Positions 11,213 through 22,558 of a stretch of DNA of 64,000 bases are shown here, in pieces. Location of the stretch: NCBI GenBank assembly GCA_041937175.2, contig CP166615.1, positions 2,560,001 through 2,624,000 on the forward strand, written 5' to 3'. Within the stretch, counting starts at the first letter, position 1; the number at the start of each line of letters is the position of its first letter. Source of the stretch: Limnothrix sp. BL-A-16. GTDB taxonomy: Bacteria; Cyanobacteriota; Cyanobacteriia; CACIAM-69d. The translations under genes and the position numbers were made by a program. The notes beneath the pieces are model-generated. The model made no database searches, was not told the DNA's origin, and was given only the letters and a program-made list of their open reading frames with translations.

Positions 11213-11635
11213 CTACTTAGCAGCAGGAGTCCGGGCGTAATCATCCTGAAAACGAACAATATCGTCTTCGCCCAAATATTCCCCATTCTGCACTTCAATC
11301 AACACCAGGGGAATAGTGCCGGGGTTCTCCAGCCGGTGGGCAGTGCATTGGGGAACGTAGGTGGACTGATTGGGCGTGAGCATAATCTCGTTGTCGCCAC
11401 AAACCACACGCGCCGTGCCTGAGACAACGATCCAGTGCTCGCTGCGGTGGTGATGCATCTGTAGGCTCAGGCGATGGCCAGGGCTAACCTCAATGCGCTT
11501 GATTTTGTAGCCGCGTCCCTCTTCTAGCACCGTGAAAGATCCCCAGGGCCGTGCCTCGGTTTGGTTCGTGCTGAGGCCATTTTTTGGAACAACGCCGTTC
11601 TCGGTCTCGGGGGTTTGAGTTTTTGTTGCAGCCAC
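11213..11635 (-). CDS. cupin protein (mannose-6-phosphate isomerase type II C-terminal domain)
   Basis: RPWGSF, LSLQMHHHRSEHW, IEVQNGEYLGEDDIVRF. Confidence 0.92.
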   Translation of the reverse strand: MAATKTQTPETENGVVPKNGLSTNQTEARPWGSFTVLEEGRGYKIKRIEVSPGHRLSLQMHHHRSEHWIVVSGTARVVCGDNEIMLTPNQSTYVPQCTAHRLENPGTIPLVLIEVQNGEYLGEDDIVRFQDDYARTPAAK

Positions 11636-12195
11636 CGTACTGTCCTCGTTGAGTGTGGGTGTTCAGTTGCCTAAGTTGACGCAGCTAAGTTGACGCAGTG
11701 TTGATGCAGTTCAGCTTCCTTTGCCGCTGAACCCCCTGACCATCCCTCTGTTTCGAGTATAGGCGAGGAATTTTGAGGCGAAAATAGTCCCCCTACTCAG
11801 CACTAACCCTCTCCAAACCCGTCAGCACCCGCGCGATCGCCCCAGATCTATCCCCCAGCGGCATCGCCCTGTTGAGTCGCCCTGTTGCGCCGCCCAGTGG
11901 TAGCCAATTCGTAAAACCAGAGCGTCCCGATCGCCCGATTATTTCCCAGCTCCTCGATCCCCAACCTCGGGATTCGATCGCCCCCCAGGGATTCACAGTG
12001 ACCTGTGGCGCATCGGTGATAATCTGATACTTGGCAAAAATACCGATGAAGGCGCGCTGGCGTACCTTCAGTGCGGTTCGCCCCGTTAACACCGAGTTTG
12101 AAAAACCGCTCGCACCCCAATCAGCGATCGTCCGGTGCCTCCCACCAAGACAGCGCGATCACTGGATTTGCGAGCAAGCCAACCCAGATCATTGA

Positions 12196-13671
<1,476 letters not shown>

Positions 13672-13778
13672 TTTTTAAATCGCGCTGCGGAATGCGGGGG
13701 CTGGGTTAACCGGTCTCCGCTGCCGCTGGTGTTGTTTGTTCACGGTGTTGCAATTCCGCTCGATCGAGCCAAGAGGTT

Positions 13779-14180
13779 ATGAGCTTAACAGTTCGTGTTA
13801 TTTCCCCAGACAAGACCGTTTGGGATAACCAGGCAGAGGAAGTGATCCTGCCGAGTACCACAGGACAGTTAGGCATCCTGCCCGGTCACGCGCCGCTGTT
13901 GACGGCGTTGGGCACGGGGGTGATGCGTGTTCGGGTCAGTAAGGATTGGTTACCGATCGCCCTGATGGGTGGCTTTGCCGAAATTGAAGATAACGAAGTG
14001 ACGGTGCTGGTGAATGGAGCCGAACGGGGTGACTCGATCGACCGTTCCGCCGCCCAAGCGGAATATACCGACGCAGAAGCTCGGGTCGCTGCCGCTAACA
14101 GTCCTCAAGAGAAAATTAAGGCAACCCAAGCCCTCAAACGCGCCCGTGCTCGGGTGCAGGCGGCTGGTGGCACGGTTTAG
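13779..14180 (+). CDS. atpC: F1 ATP synthase epsilon subunit
   Basis: [17 protein letters not shown], directly after atpD. Confidence 0.98.
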   Translation: MSLTVRVISPDKTVWDNQAEEVILPSTTGQLGILPGHAPLLTALGTGVMRVRVSKDWLPIALMGGFAEIEDNEVTVLVNGAERGDSIDRSAAQAEYTDAEARVAAANSPQEKIKATQALKRARARVQAAGGTV

Positions 14181-14277
14181 ACCGCCAACCAATTTTCATA
14201 TTTTCTCGATCTCAATATCTATTTGTTGATGATCTTGATTATTCAGATCAACGAAACGATTGGATTGACTCATCCAG

Positions 14278-14312
14278 AGCGGGGTAGGGCTAAGCCTATC
14301 CCGCTTTTCTTT
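14278..14312 (+). terminator. intrinsic terminator after atpC
   Basis: agcggggtagg-gctaag-cctatcccgct followed by a T tract. Confidence 0.75.
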
Positions 14313-14440
14313 ATCCTGTTCCGATCTCGCTTCTATCCATCTCGCTTTTAATGAGAAGAGGCAACTTTGCTCACCAGTCGCGGGGATCCCGTCGGTCTTC
14401 GCGTCAGGGTTTTGGTAATCTCCTCCGAACGATCAAAATC

Positions 14441-14917
14441 ATGCAAATTTCAGGTTTATTGCGGACGATCGGGCAGCAACTGAGCAAACGGCTGGGGCAA
14501 TGGGGCGCGATCGGCCTGTTGGGCCTGTTGATGTGGCTGATGGTTCCCACGGGCGCGGCCCAAGCCCTCACCAATATCAAGCTGTCGGATTTGAACTATC
14601 GAGAATGCCCGGCTGAAGTGGCCGCTGGGGCCGTCACCTCTGGCGGGGCAACGTTGCCGGCCAAGTGCTTCATTGTCTATGGCAAAGCAAACAACACCAC
14701 AGGCAAAACGGTGTTTGATGCGGATATCTTTGGGCGAATTTATGACGCGACGGACAATTCCATCATGGAAAATCGCACCCGTTTAGGCGCGATCGAACAG
14801 ATTCCGCCCGGCGTGAGCGAATTTGAGTTTCGGATTTCTGTGCCCGTCAGCCAACCGGAACCGCTCCAGCTCAAGCAATTTAAGGCAGCAGGGTTCACCG
14901 CTCGTGTGCGCCGTTAG
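14441..14917 (+). CDS. conserved cyanobacterial exported hypothetical protein
   Basis: Signal peptide ending AQA; DADIFGRIYDA..NRTRLG; ATG 14441 in frame with the listed ORF. Confidence 0.7.
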   Translation: MQISGLLRTIGQQLSKRLGQWGAIGLLGLLMWLMVPTGAAQALTNIKLSDLNYRECPAEVAAGAVTSGGATLPAKCFIVYGKANNTTGKTVFDADIFGRIYDATDNSIMENRTRLGAIEQIPPGVSEFEFRISVPVSQPEPLQLKQFKAAGFTARVRR

Positions 14918-15163
14918 TATGGTTACCCACCCTTGGGATGAATCTTGGGATCAAGTTGAAAGATGACTGTCTAGTCGCCACAACAAGTCCTAAATAACAG
15001 CAAAAACGACAGCAAAGGAGGGGCCAGTTCTGAAACTTGCCCCTCCTCGATGACATGGGTTAATTGAGCTAGCCAGCTCGATCCATCAAACTAATCCAAT
15101 CAATCAAGCCAGTCGAACTAATTCACTCAGCCGAAGCGATCAAGCAAGCCAATCAAGCAGTTG

Positions 15164-15694
15164 TTACGACTGCACCGACTTCAAGTAAGCCAGCATCGTA
15201 TCAGCATCAGAAACTTCAAAAGGATCGCTGGGAGCATTGTCCCCATAGCCAGGTTCAATGAACATTTTTTCGATCGCGCCGTCATTTACCACCATGGAAT
15301 AGCGCCAAGAACGCATCCCAAACCCCAGATTGGACTTGTCCACCAACATGCCCATCTTGCGAGTAAATTCCCCATTACCATCGGGCAACAGGAAGACATT
15401 CTGGGCGTTTTGTTGCTTGCCCCACTGGAACATCACAAAAGCATCATTCACCGACAAACAAATCACCGCATCCACACCCAGGCTCTTGATTTCCTCATAG
15501 AGTTCTTCATAGCGCGGCAGATGGCTGGTGGAACAGGTGGGCGTGAAAGCACCCGGCAGGGAGAACAACACAACGCGCTTGCCACCGAAGAGGTCTTGGG
15601 TGCTGAGATCTTGCCAACGGAAGGGGTTAGGGCCCGGCACGGACTCATCGCGGACACGGGTTTTGAACACAACATCGGGGACACGATCGAGCAT
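15164..15694 (-). CDS. type II peroxiredoxin (PrxII/Prx5 family)
   Basis: [28 protein letters not shown]. Confidence 0.95.
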   Translation of the reverse strand: MLDRVPDVVFKTRVRDESVPGPNPFRWQDLSTQDLFGGKRVVLFSLPGAFTPTCSTSHLPRYEELYEEIKSLGVDAVICLSVNDAFVMFQWGKQQNAQNVFLLPDGNGEFTRKMGMLVDKSNLGFGMRSWRYSMVVNDGAIEKMFIEPGYGDNAPSDPFEVSDADTMLAYLKSVQS

Positions 15695-15736
15695 GGTGGT
15701 GACTTCCTTATACGTAGAACGGCACTTCGCCTAAAC

Positions 15737-15751
15737 TCATAATGATTATGA
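15737..15751. promoter_or_regulatory. PerR/Fur-type 7-1-7 operator upstream of prxII
   Basis: Palindrome TCATAAT-G-ATTATGA with ATAATnATTAT core, 43 bp upstream of the start. Confidence 0.7.
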
Positions 15752-15987
15752 CTTACAAGAAAGAATTTGACAAGGGACAGGCCCTGGTTAATGGCCAATG
15801 CGCCCCCGACCGATGCAAGGGATGTTAGTCGCTACAATCAAACAATCAATGCAGCGCCCTGAAAGCGTTGCTGATTTAGCCGTTGCAATCGTAGGCATTG
15901 CGATCCTGGGCCAGGACGCGGGGACTAAATTTCGTTGAAATTGTTGCAATTGTTGAAATTAGGGCACATGACATTGGGGCACAAGTA

Positions 15988-16410
15988 ATGAATTTTTTGG
16001 ATTCGGATGATGATCCGCCTCTCCAAATTAACGTCACGCCCATGGTAGATGTGATTTTTGCAATTCTGGCGTTTTTTGTGGTGGCGACGGCTTTTTTGAC
16101 CCGATCGCGTGGTTTGCCGGTGAACTTGCCCAGCGCTGCCACGGGCCAAGCCCAAACCCAGTCAATGCCGGTGGTGACGGTGGATGCGGCGGGGAATTTG
16201 GCAGTCGATCGACAGCCGATCCCGATCGAGCAATTACCCACCCTGGTGCAGACAAAGTTGGGGCCGAGCAACCCAGAACAGCCCATGCGCACTGTAGCCA
16301 TTGAGGCCGATCGAGCCGTGAGCCACGGGCGCGTGGTGGAAGTGATGGATCGGTTGCGTCAAATCCCCAACCTGCAATTGGCGATCGCGACGCGATCGGG
16401 CAACCCCTAG
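15988..16410 (+). CDS. exbD: ExbD/TolR biopolymer transport protein
   Basis: INVTPMVDVIFAILAFF, LPVNLP, ADRAVSHGRVVEVMD. Confidence 0.9.
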   Translation: MNFLDSDDDPPLQINVTPMVDVIFAILAFFVVATAFLTRSRGLPVNLPSAATGQAQTQSMPVVTVDAAGNLAVDRQPIPIEQLPTLVQTKLGPSNPEQPMRTVAIEADRAVSHGRVVEVMDRLRQIPNLQLAIATRSGNP

Positions 16411-16569
16411 CCCCAAGAGTCCGAACCCCAAGATTCCGAGCCATGGCGATCCAAGCCCCAACAGTTCGCGCTATGGCATTAATGGCATTATTTGGGAAGA
16501 ATCGCGGCAGACCACTGCGCTGATTCTGATTAGATCTCCTCTCTTCATCATCGTTTAGGCTCACCTGCC

Positions 16570-17115
16570 ATGCGCGATCGCCTTGAACCTGCTCCCTACC
16601 TTCCCCGTGTGCCCCTGTGGCGACGTGGTGCGGCCACGGCGATCGATGCGGTCATTGCGGGATTGTTCAGCAGCCTGTTGGGGGCCGGGTTTGAACTGCC
16701 GGTTTTTGTGATCCTGTGGCTCTTGGTACGAGTGGTGATGGTGGCCAATAATCGCGGCCAAAGCATCGGGCGATTGGCCATGGATATCAAACTGGTGAAT
16801 CCCCGCACCCGCCGCCTGCCGACGATGGTGGAGCTGACCCAACGGGAGGGCATCGTGGGCATTGAAGCTTGGTTAGCCTTGCAGGGATTGTCCCTGTTGT
16901 CACAGGTGAACCCGGTGGCGCTGCTTTGTTTGGCTCCAGCCATTGTGGATGGCATTGTGACGGCTACGGATGAAAGCCGCCAACAACAGTCTTTTCACGA
17001 TCGCCTGATTGGGTCGATTGTGGTGCAAACATCTCGGGGGTTTTCCCTCGATTTGAAGGTGCAACGGTGGTATCGTCTCCTGCGCGATCGAACTGAGCGT
17101 TTTATGCGAAGATAG
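16570..17115 (+). CDS. RDD-family membrane protein
   Basis: WRRGAATAID, GQSIGR, Q.FHDRL; upstream of rpmG-rpsR. Confidence 0.85.
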   Translation: MRDRLEPAPYLPRVPLWRRGAATAIDAVIAGLFSSLLGAGFELPVFVILWLLVRVVMVANNRGQSIGRLAMDIKLVNPRTRRLPTMVELTQREGIVGIEAWLALQGLSLLSQVNPVALLCLAPAIVDGIVTATDESRQQQSFHDRLIGSIVVQTSRGFSLDLKVQRWYRLLRDRTERFMRR

Positions 17116-17274
17116 AGTGCTGCAAAACTGCCCGAATCCGTTTGCGGACAAAATCAGCAGTTCTGCTCGATCGGCGATCGCCCCCCGCCTGTTTTGCCCA
17201 GTGCCAATGCGGCGGCGCACGATCGTCCAATCGCAAACCCTTTGCACCGATCGAACCATTAGGAGTCTCCCACC

Positions 17275-17469
17275 GTGGCTAAAGGTAAAGACGTACGGCT
17301 CGTGATCACCTTGGAGTGCACCGAGTGCCGCACCAACACCGACAAGCGCTCGCCCGGCGTGTCGCGCTACACCACCCAGAAAAACCGCCGCAACACCACC
17401 GCGCGCCTGGAACTGAAGAAGTTCTGCACCCACTGCAACAAGCACACGGTGCACCGCGAAATTAAGTAA
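17275..17469 (+). CDS. rpmG: 50S ribosomal protein L33
   Basis: [22 protein letters not shown]. Confidence 0.98.
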   Translation: MAKGKDVRLVITLECTECRTNTDKRSPGVSRYTTQKNRRNTTARLELKKFCTHCNKHTVHREIK

Positions 17470-17621
17470 TTTTTCGCCCTTAACCCAATCCCGGCCCGGA
17501 GCGCTCGATCGCCCCGGCCGTGAATTGTGCAGTCTCGTTATACGAACTCGGTGCGATCGGCTGTTTCCAAGCCGAGCCGCCCGATTCTTCTGAATCACTC
17601 CTGAATCATTAGCGAATCACC

Positions 17622-17837
17622 ATGGCTTACTATCGTCGTCGCGTTTCTCCCCTCAAACCCGAAGAGCCGATCGACTACAAAGATGTTGATCTGCTGCGTC
17701 GCTTCATCACCGAGCGCGGCAAAATCCTGCCCCGCCGTGTCACCGGCCTGACGGCTAAGCAACAACGCGATTTGGCTGTGGCCATCAAGCGCGCCCGCAT
17801 CCTGGCCCTGCTGCCGTTCATCAACAAAGAAGCCTAG
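17622..17837 (+). CDS. rpsR: 30S ribosomal protein S18
   Basis: [23 protein letters not shown]. Confidence 0.98.
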   Translation: MAYYRRRVSPLKPEEPIDYKDVDLLRRFITERGKILPRRVTGLTAKQQRDLAVAIKRARILALLPFINKEA

Positions 17838-17929
17838 ACCACCATTGGGCGCTGAGCACCGAGTACCTAGGGTCTACCGCCAACAATTGTCCAAAACCCC
17901 AATCCCACCGTTACCAGCTCACGGGAGAT

Positions 17930-17948
17930 CAGGGGCTTAAGTCCCTTG
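17930..17948. repeat. REP-like palindrome copy
   Basis: caggggcttaagtcccttg. Confidence 0.7.
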
Positions 17949-17994
17949 TTATGACTATTGGGGTGCAGGAAGTCAATTTGGCTTAAACAGGCTC

Positions 17995-18029
17995 AAAAGG
18001 GGCGATCGACTAGTTCGATCGCCCCTTTG
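17995..18029. terminator. probable bidirectional terminator built on HIP1-like cores
   Basis: aaaaggggcgatcga-ctagt-tcgatcgcccctttg between convergent rpsR and the ArsA-like gene. Confidence 0.7.
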
Positions 18030-18069
18030 CTGTATCCAAAATCCGTGAGGCCAGGGGTGAATTCTGGGC

Positions 18070-19176
18070 TTAAAAGGAGATGATCAAGTAGCGATCGCTG
18101 AACTTTGCGCCCTTAACCGATCGCCCGGCTAGGGACGGCGGCAAGAAGATATTGCGGCGTTGTTCGCCCGCTTCGATCGTCACTTCCGGCCCCGATTGGG
18201 TCAGGTGGATTTGCTCCTTGGTGAATCCTGGCAGGAACAGCTTCACCTGTTGGGTGGCCAAGTCGATCTCGATCGGGCGGGGAGCCTGCTGGGCCAAAGT
18301 GGCAAAATCCGGCATCAACGGGATCAATGCATCCCAATTGGGGGTGGCGGTTTGCTCAGGAATCGCCGTCACGGTCAGGGGATCGAAATCTGAGCCGATC
18401 GCCCCTGGATCGCTCGATCGATTCAAAAACAAACCGCCCACCGTCAAACCCGCCTGTTGAGCGCTGCCCCAGAGGTATTGAGCCAAGGCCTGCGAGACCG
18501 AATCGCCATTGGCCACCAGCCAGCCCGCTACCCGACGCGGATCGGCCAACAAATTCCGCCCCCGATCGAGCAAGTCTTGAAACTCACCCAAGGGGCCTTC
18601 CCACGGTGTGCTCGACATGCCGCCACCGCTCAACACCGCCATGGAAATCGGTTGCACAAAGGGCGAAATTGCCTTGGCAAAATCCGACTCCGCCACCACC
18701 TTTTGGAACCGGCGCACATACCAGGACAAAACCTCCGGCGCGCCGATGGTTAGCAGGGTGGCTCGATCACTGTTGCCGTCATAGACGATCGCGTCGTAAT
18801 TTCCCGACGCTTCGTATTGCCGTAGGGTGTTCAACGTCAGCGCCCGATCCATCCCCGGCAGCACGGCCAGCTCTTCGCCATAGACATTGCGGAAAAAGGG
18901 TTGGCGCAAATATTCCGACTCGAGGCGCTTAATTTCATCCCAGCCCCGTTCCAGCAGGGTGGTGGCGGCCGGTTGCACGGCCCAAAGGTTGGAGCCGATC
19001 GCCTGGGGATCCGAACCGATCGCCCCCGTTCCTAACATCATGCCCAGGGTGGGCCCCGCGTCTTGCCCAAACAGCAGCACCCGCTTGCCTTGGTTGGCCA
19101 GGGCCATCGCCGCCGCGATCGCCAGGGTCGATCGCCCCGATCCCCCTTTTCCCAACAGCGTCAGCGTGAAAGCCAC
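18070..19176 (-). CDS. ArsA/Get3-family ATPase with C-terminal alpha-crystallin-like domain
   Basis: LGKGGSGRST, LAVLPGMD, LFLPGF..QSGPEVTIEAGEQRRNIFLP. Confidence 0.88.
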   Translation of the reverse strand: MAFTLTLLGKGGSGRSTLAIAAAMALANQGKRVLLFGQDAGPTLGMMLGTGAIGSDPQAIGSNLWAVQPAATTLLERGWDEIKRLESEYLRQPFFRNVYGEELAVLPGMDRALTLNTLRQYEASGNYDAIVYDGNSDRATLLTIGAPEVLSWYVRRFQKVVAESDFAKAISPFVQPISMAVLSGGGMSSTPWEGPLGEFQDLLDRGRNLLADPRRVAGWLVANGDSVSQALAQYLWGSAQQAGLTVGGLFLNRSSDPGAIGSDFDPLTVTAIPEQTATPNWDALIPLMPDFATLAQQAPRPIEIDLATQQVKLFLPGFTKEQIHLTQSGPEVTIEAGEQRRNIFLPPSLAGRSVKGAKFSDRYLIISF

Positions 19177-19237
19177 GATCGCACTCCTCTAGCGTTGTCG
19201 CCCCCCATTGTGCCAACGATTGCCGGCCGGCGTGTAT

Positions 19238-19699
19238 TTACTGCCGCATCTCGCCCAAAATTTCGATCACCCGCTGAATTTCTGTTTTCAGGCCTGTGAC
19301 ATCTGTTTTTAGGCCCGTGACATCTGCTTTCAGACCCGTGACATCTGCTTTGAGGGCGGTGATGTCACTTTGCATCTGATCCATGCGGGCAAAGGTTTGG
19401 TCAAATAGGCCCAGAAACGTATCGGTGCGATCGTCTACGACCTGCTCCAATTGGGCGATTCGGTTATTTAACCCTTCGGTGGCCTGTTGCAGACTGCTAA
19501 TCGCCAAGCGCAATTCCCCGATCGCCTGTGTGTTGGTGGCGATCGCCTGGGTATTCGCGGCGGTCAGGTCGGCGAGGTGGCTAAACCGCTGATTCCAATC
19601 AAAGGACTGCTGCGTGGTAACGCTGGCCAGGGTGGTGACGTTGATCGTCAGTTGCTGGAGCTGAGCTTCGAGAGTGTTGAGGCGGGTTTCGGTGGTCAT
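19238..19699 (-). CDS. hypothetical coiled-coil protein with heptad tandem repeat
   Basis: LKADVTG-LKADVTG-LKTDVTG encoded by 21-bp repeats at 19281-19364. Confidence 0.7.
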   Translation of the reverse strand: MTTETRLNTLEAQLQQLTINVTTLASVTTQQSFDWNQRFSHLADLTAANTQAIATNTQAIGELRLAISSLQQATEGLNNRIAQLEQVVDDRTDTFLGLFDQTFARMDQMQSDITALKADVTGLKADVTGLKTDVTGLKTEIQRVIEILGEMRQ

Positions 19700-19922
19700 G
19701 GGGCGATCGGGGGCTGAGGCGAGGCCGCTACCCCCAGCCTAGCAAGTTCTTGTGGGACGGCGCGGGGTCGATCGATCTCTGGAATCGGCGGTCGTGCTCC
19801 AAGGAGTTGAGCAACAGAATTTTGGGCCCAATCATTTTGGGGCGAATACTGGGGTCAAATAAAAACGCCAGTAAAAACGCCAGCGGAATAACTCCCACTG
19901 GCGTAATTTATTCACTCGTTGC

Positions 19923-20126
19923 TTAGACCGCTTCGAGTTCGTCTTCAAAAAACCAAGTTGCCAAACCACCCGTAAACTCAACGACAACGCCGATGCCGCT
20001 GCCGTCAACCATTTTGTATTCCTTAACCGTACCGACCGGATTTTGTTTAATTTTTTCAACCATCGCGGTGGACATGCGATCGCGAATCCGGCGCACTTTG
20101 ACGCGCTGACCTAGCTCAATCACCAC
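19923..20126 (-). CDS. petP: cytochrome b6f subunit PetP (DUF2862)
   Basis: GQRVKVRRIRDR, KMVDGSGIGVVVEF..ATWFFEDEL. Confidence 0.9.
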   Translation of the reverse strand: MVIELGQRVKVRRIRDRMSTAMVEKIKQNPVGTVKEYKMVDGSGIGVVVEFTGGLATWFFEDELEAV

Positions 20127-20254
20127 TGGAACCGTCTCTAGTAAACTGAATCCACAGCTAATAAGACTACTGCATTTTGACCCGATCGCCGCGCTTGAGA
20201 GATTTGGAGAGAAATCAGCGATCGGGCGATCGGGTTTTGCCTCTTCACAACGGC

Positions 20255-20794
20255 TTAGTCAACCAGCTCAGGACTGGCGGCATGGCGATAGCGCTCCATG
20301 ATCCGCTTTTCGGGGTCAATGCCCTCAAAGGTGGGCGGTAACCAAACCCGCGCCAACAGAATCAGGGTCAAAACCAACAGAAATACACCCGTGGCCAAAA
20401 GTTGCTGCCAGGGCACTTCCAACACGCCTCGCACGATCGACTCTCGGAGCACGGAAACGATCGCCACTTCCACGGCCACCCCGATCGACACACGCTGTTC
20501 TTGCAAGTAAATGATCAGCAGCCGGAACATTTCCACCAAAATCAGCACCGATAGGATATCCGCCGTAATTAGGTGAAAATTTGGGGGTTCCAGCAGGGAG
20601 ATGAAAATGACGCGCAGTTGCACCACCATCACGCCAAATAACCCCAAACAAAGGGACACGGCGATCGCATCTTGCACCCGTTCCAACATCCAGACCAGGC
20701 GCGATCGAAACCTGCCGGTTTCCGTGGCGCGATTACTGGCGGGCAACAACTGGACGGGGGGCAATCGACGGGAGGGGGCTGAGGACAGGTTCAT
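20255..20794 (-). CDS. phosphate-starvation-inducible PsiE-family membrane protein
   Basis: LILVEMFRLLIIYL..VAVEVAIVSVLRE. Confidence 0.8.
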   Translation of the reverse strand: MNLSSAPSRRLPPVQLLPASNRATETGRFRSRLVWMLERVQDAIAVSLCLGLFGVMVVQLRVIFISLLEPPNFHLITADILSVLILVEMFRLLIIYLQEQRVSIGVAVEVAIVSVLRESIVRGVLEVPWQQLLATGVFLLVLTLILLARVWLPPTFEGIDPEKRIMERYRHAASPELVD

Positions 20795-20980
20795 GGCGAT
20801 TTCTCCGGCTTGCTGCGGGCTGTTCTTATTTTGATTATGGGAATCTTATAAATCAACCTCCAATTTATTTGTATTATTTATATTGACGCATCTGCTCAGA
20901 CCACCGGGGCCAAGGTTCATCGCGATCGCGTAGTTTGATCTGTGGCTATTCACGGCTGTTCACCTTCACTCCTCCACCCT

Positions 20981-21781
20981 ATGCTCGCCAAACGGATCGT
21001 TCCCTGCCTCGATGTCAAAGCCGGTCGCGTCGTCAAGGGCGTGAACTTTGTGAATCTGCAAGATGCGGGCGATCCGGTGGAGCTGGCCAGGGCCTACGAT
21101 CGCGCCGGGGCCGATGAGCTGGTGTTTTTGGACATCACGGCCACCCACGAAGATCGCGGGATTATTTTTGATGTGGTCTATGAAACCGCCGAGCAGGTGT
21201 TCATTCCCCTGACCGTGGGCGGCGGCATCAGTGACTTAGAAACGATTAAAAAACTGTTACGGGCCGGAGCCGATAAAATTAGCATCAACTCCTCGGCGGT
21301 GCGGGATCCGGACTTGATCGATCGCGCCAGTGCCCGGTTTGGCAATCAATGCATTGTGGTGGCGATCGATGCCCGCCGCCGCCCCGGAACCGGCGAAAAT
21401 GGTGTGCCCAGCGCCTGGGATGTCTATGTGCGTGGTGGTCGGGAAAATACAGGTTTGGATGCGATCGCCTGGGCCGAAGAAGTGGTGCGGCGCGGCGCGG
21501 GGGAATTACTGGTGACCAGCATGGATGCGGACGGAACCCAGGCGGGCTATGACCTGGAGCTGACCCGAACAATCGCCGATCGCGTGGCCGTGCCGGTGAT
21601 TGCCTCCGGGGGCGCGGGCAACTGTCAACATATCCGCGAAGCTCTGACCGAAGGCAAGGCCGAGGCCGCCCTGCTAGCTTCTTTGTTACATTACGGTCAA
21701 CTCAGCATTGACGAGATTAAGACCGATTTGCAGCAAGCGGGCTTGCCAGTGCGTCACACGGGGGCGATCGCGACTCTGTAG
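20981..21781 (+). CDS. hisF: imidazole glycerol phosphate synthase cyclase subunit
   Basis: [33 protein letters not shown]. Confidence 0.97.
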   Translation: MLAKRIVPCLDVKAGRVVKGVNFVNLQDAGDPVELARAYDRAGADELVFLDITATHEDRGIIFDVVYETAEQVFIPLTVGGGISDLETIKKLLRAGADKISINSSAVRDPDLIDRASARFGNQCIVVAIDARRRPGTGENGVPSAWDVYVRGGRENTGLDAIAWAEEVVRRGAGELLVTSMDADGTQAGYDLELTRTIADRVAVPVIASGGAGNCQHIREALTEGKAEAALLASLLHYGQLSIDEIKTDLQQAGLPVRHTGAIATL

Positions 21782-21876
21782 AAAACCTTAGGAAACGATA
21801 AATTGCTGGCAGATTGTCAAGATTTCCTTTACAATACGTAAAAACACACTCATAAATCTTGATCTGCACTCTGTCC

Positions 21877-22176
21877 ATGGTTGTCGTTCTGCTGCTGGCG
21901 ATCGCCCTAGTAGCTTGGTCATTGCACCTGATGCAACAGGCCCTCAGCAACAGGGAGTTTTCGCTGATGCTGGCCGGAACCCTCGTTGCTTCAGCAGCGG
22001 CAGCCCTGGTGGTGGTCTACTTCCTGGGCAACAGTTCGCTGCGCTACTTGCTCTCGGTCGATCGCAATGCCTATGCCACCTATAACGTGCCCGTCACCGC
22101 TAGCGATCCTTTAGCCGGGATGCGCCAATCCGCCATCCTCGCCGATTGGGATCGATTGGTGGAGCCTCTGCAATAG
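21877..22176 (+). CDS. small hypothetical membrane protein
   Basis: Two TM helices, EFSLMLAGTLVA. Confidence 0.65.
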   Translation: MVVVLLLAIALVAWSLHLMQQALSNREFSLMLAGTLVASAAAALVVVYFLGNSSLRYLLSVDRNAYATYNVPVTASDPLAGMRQSAILADWDRLVEPLQ

Positions 22177-22260
22177 CAGGATGGTTCCGCCGGTTCCCTG
22201 TTTTTTGCACCCCCAGTGATTGATCATCAAAACCGACCCGCAATTCAGTTGCATTCAAAC

Positions 22261-22313
22261 AAACGAAATCGGCTAGACCTAAGGCAATACAACCGGTCTA
22301 GCCGATTTTGTTT
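22261..22313. terminator. long hairpin / terminator
   Basis: aaatcggctagacc (22266-22279) pairs with ggtctagccgattt (22295-22308), A/T flanks. Confidence 0.65.
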
Positions 22314-22473
22314 CGAGTTTTTTGGGTTTCGCGCTTCCCGAGGTAGAACTTCAGTTCCGTTGTTTGCGGATCGGGGGCACTGACCAGGCGATCGCCTAAG
22401 GAAAGGATATGTTCCTAGGGTATGTCTCAAATTGCCTGAAACCCTGATTCCACAGTGGGCAGATCGTGGGGGG

Positions 22474-22493
22474 CAAGGGGCTTAAGCCCCTTG
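22474..22493. repeat. REP-like palindrome copy
   Basis: caaggggcttaagccccttg, perfect copy. Confidence 0.85.
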
Positions 22494-22558
22494 TCTGGGA
22501 TGGTTAGCGTATGGCAGATCAACCGTTTTTACTGGATCCCAGGAAATGACGACAGACC

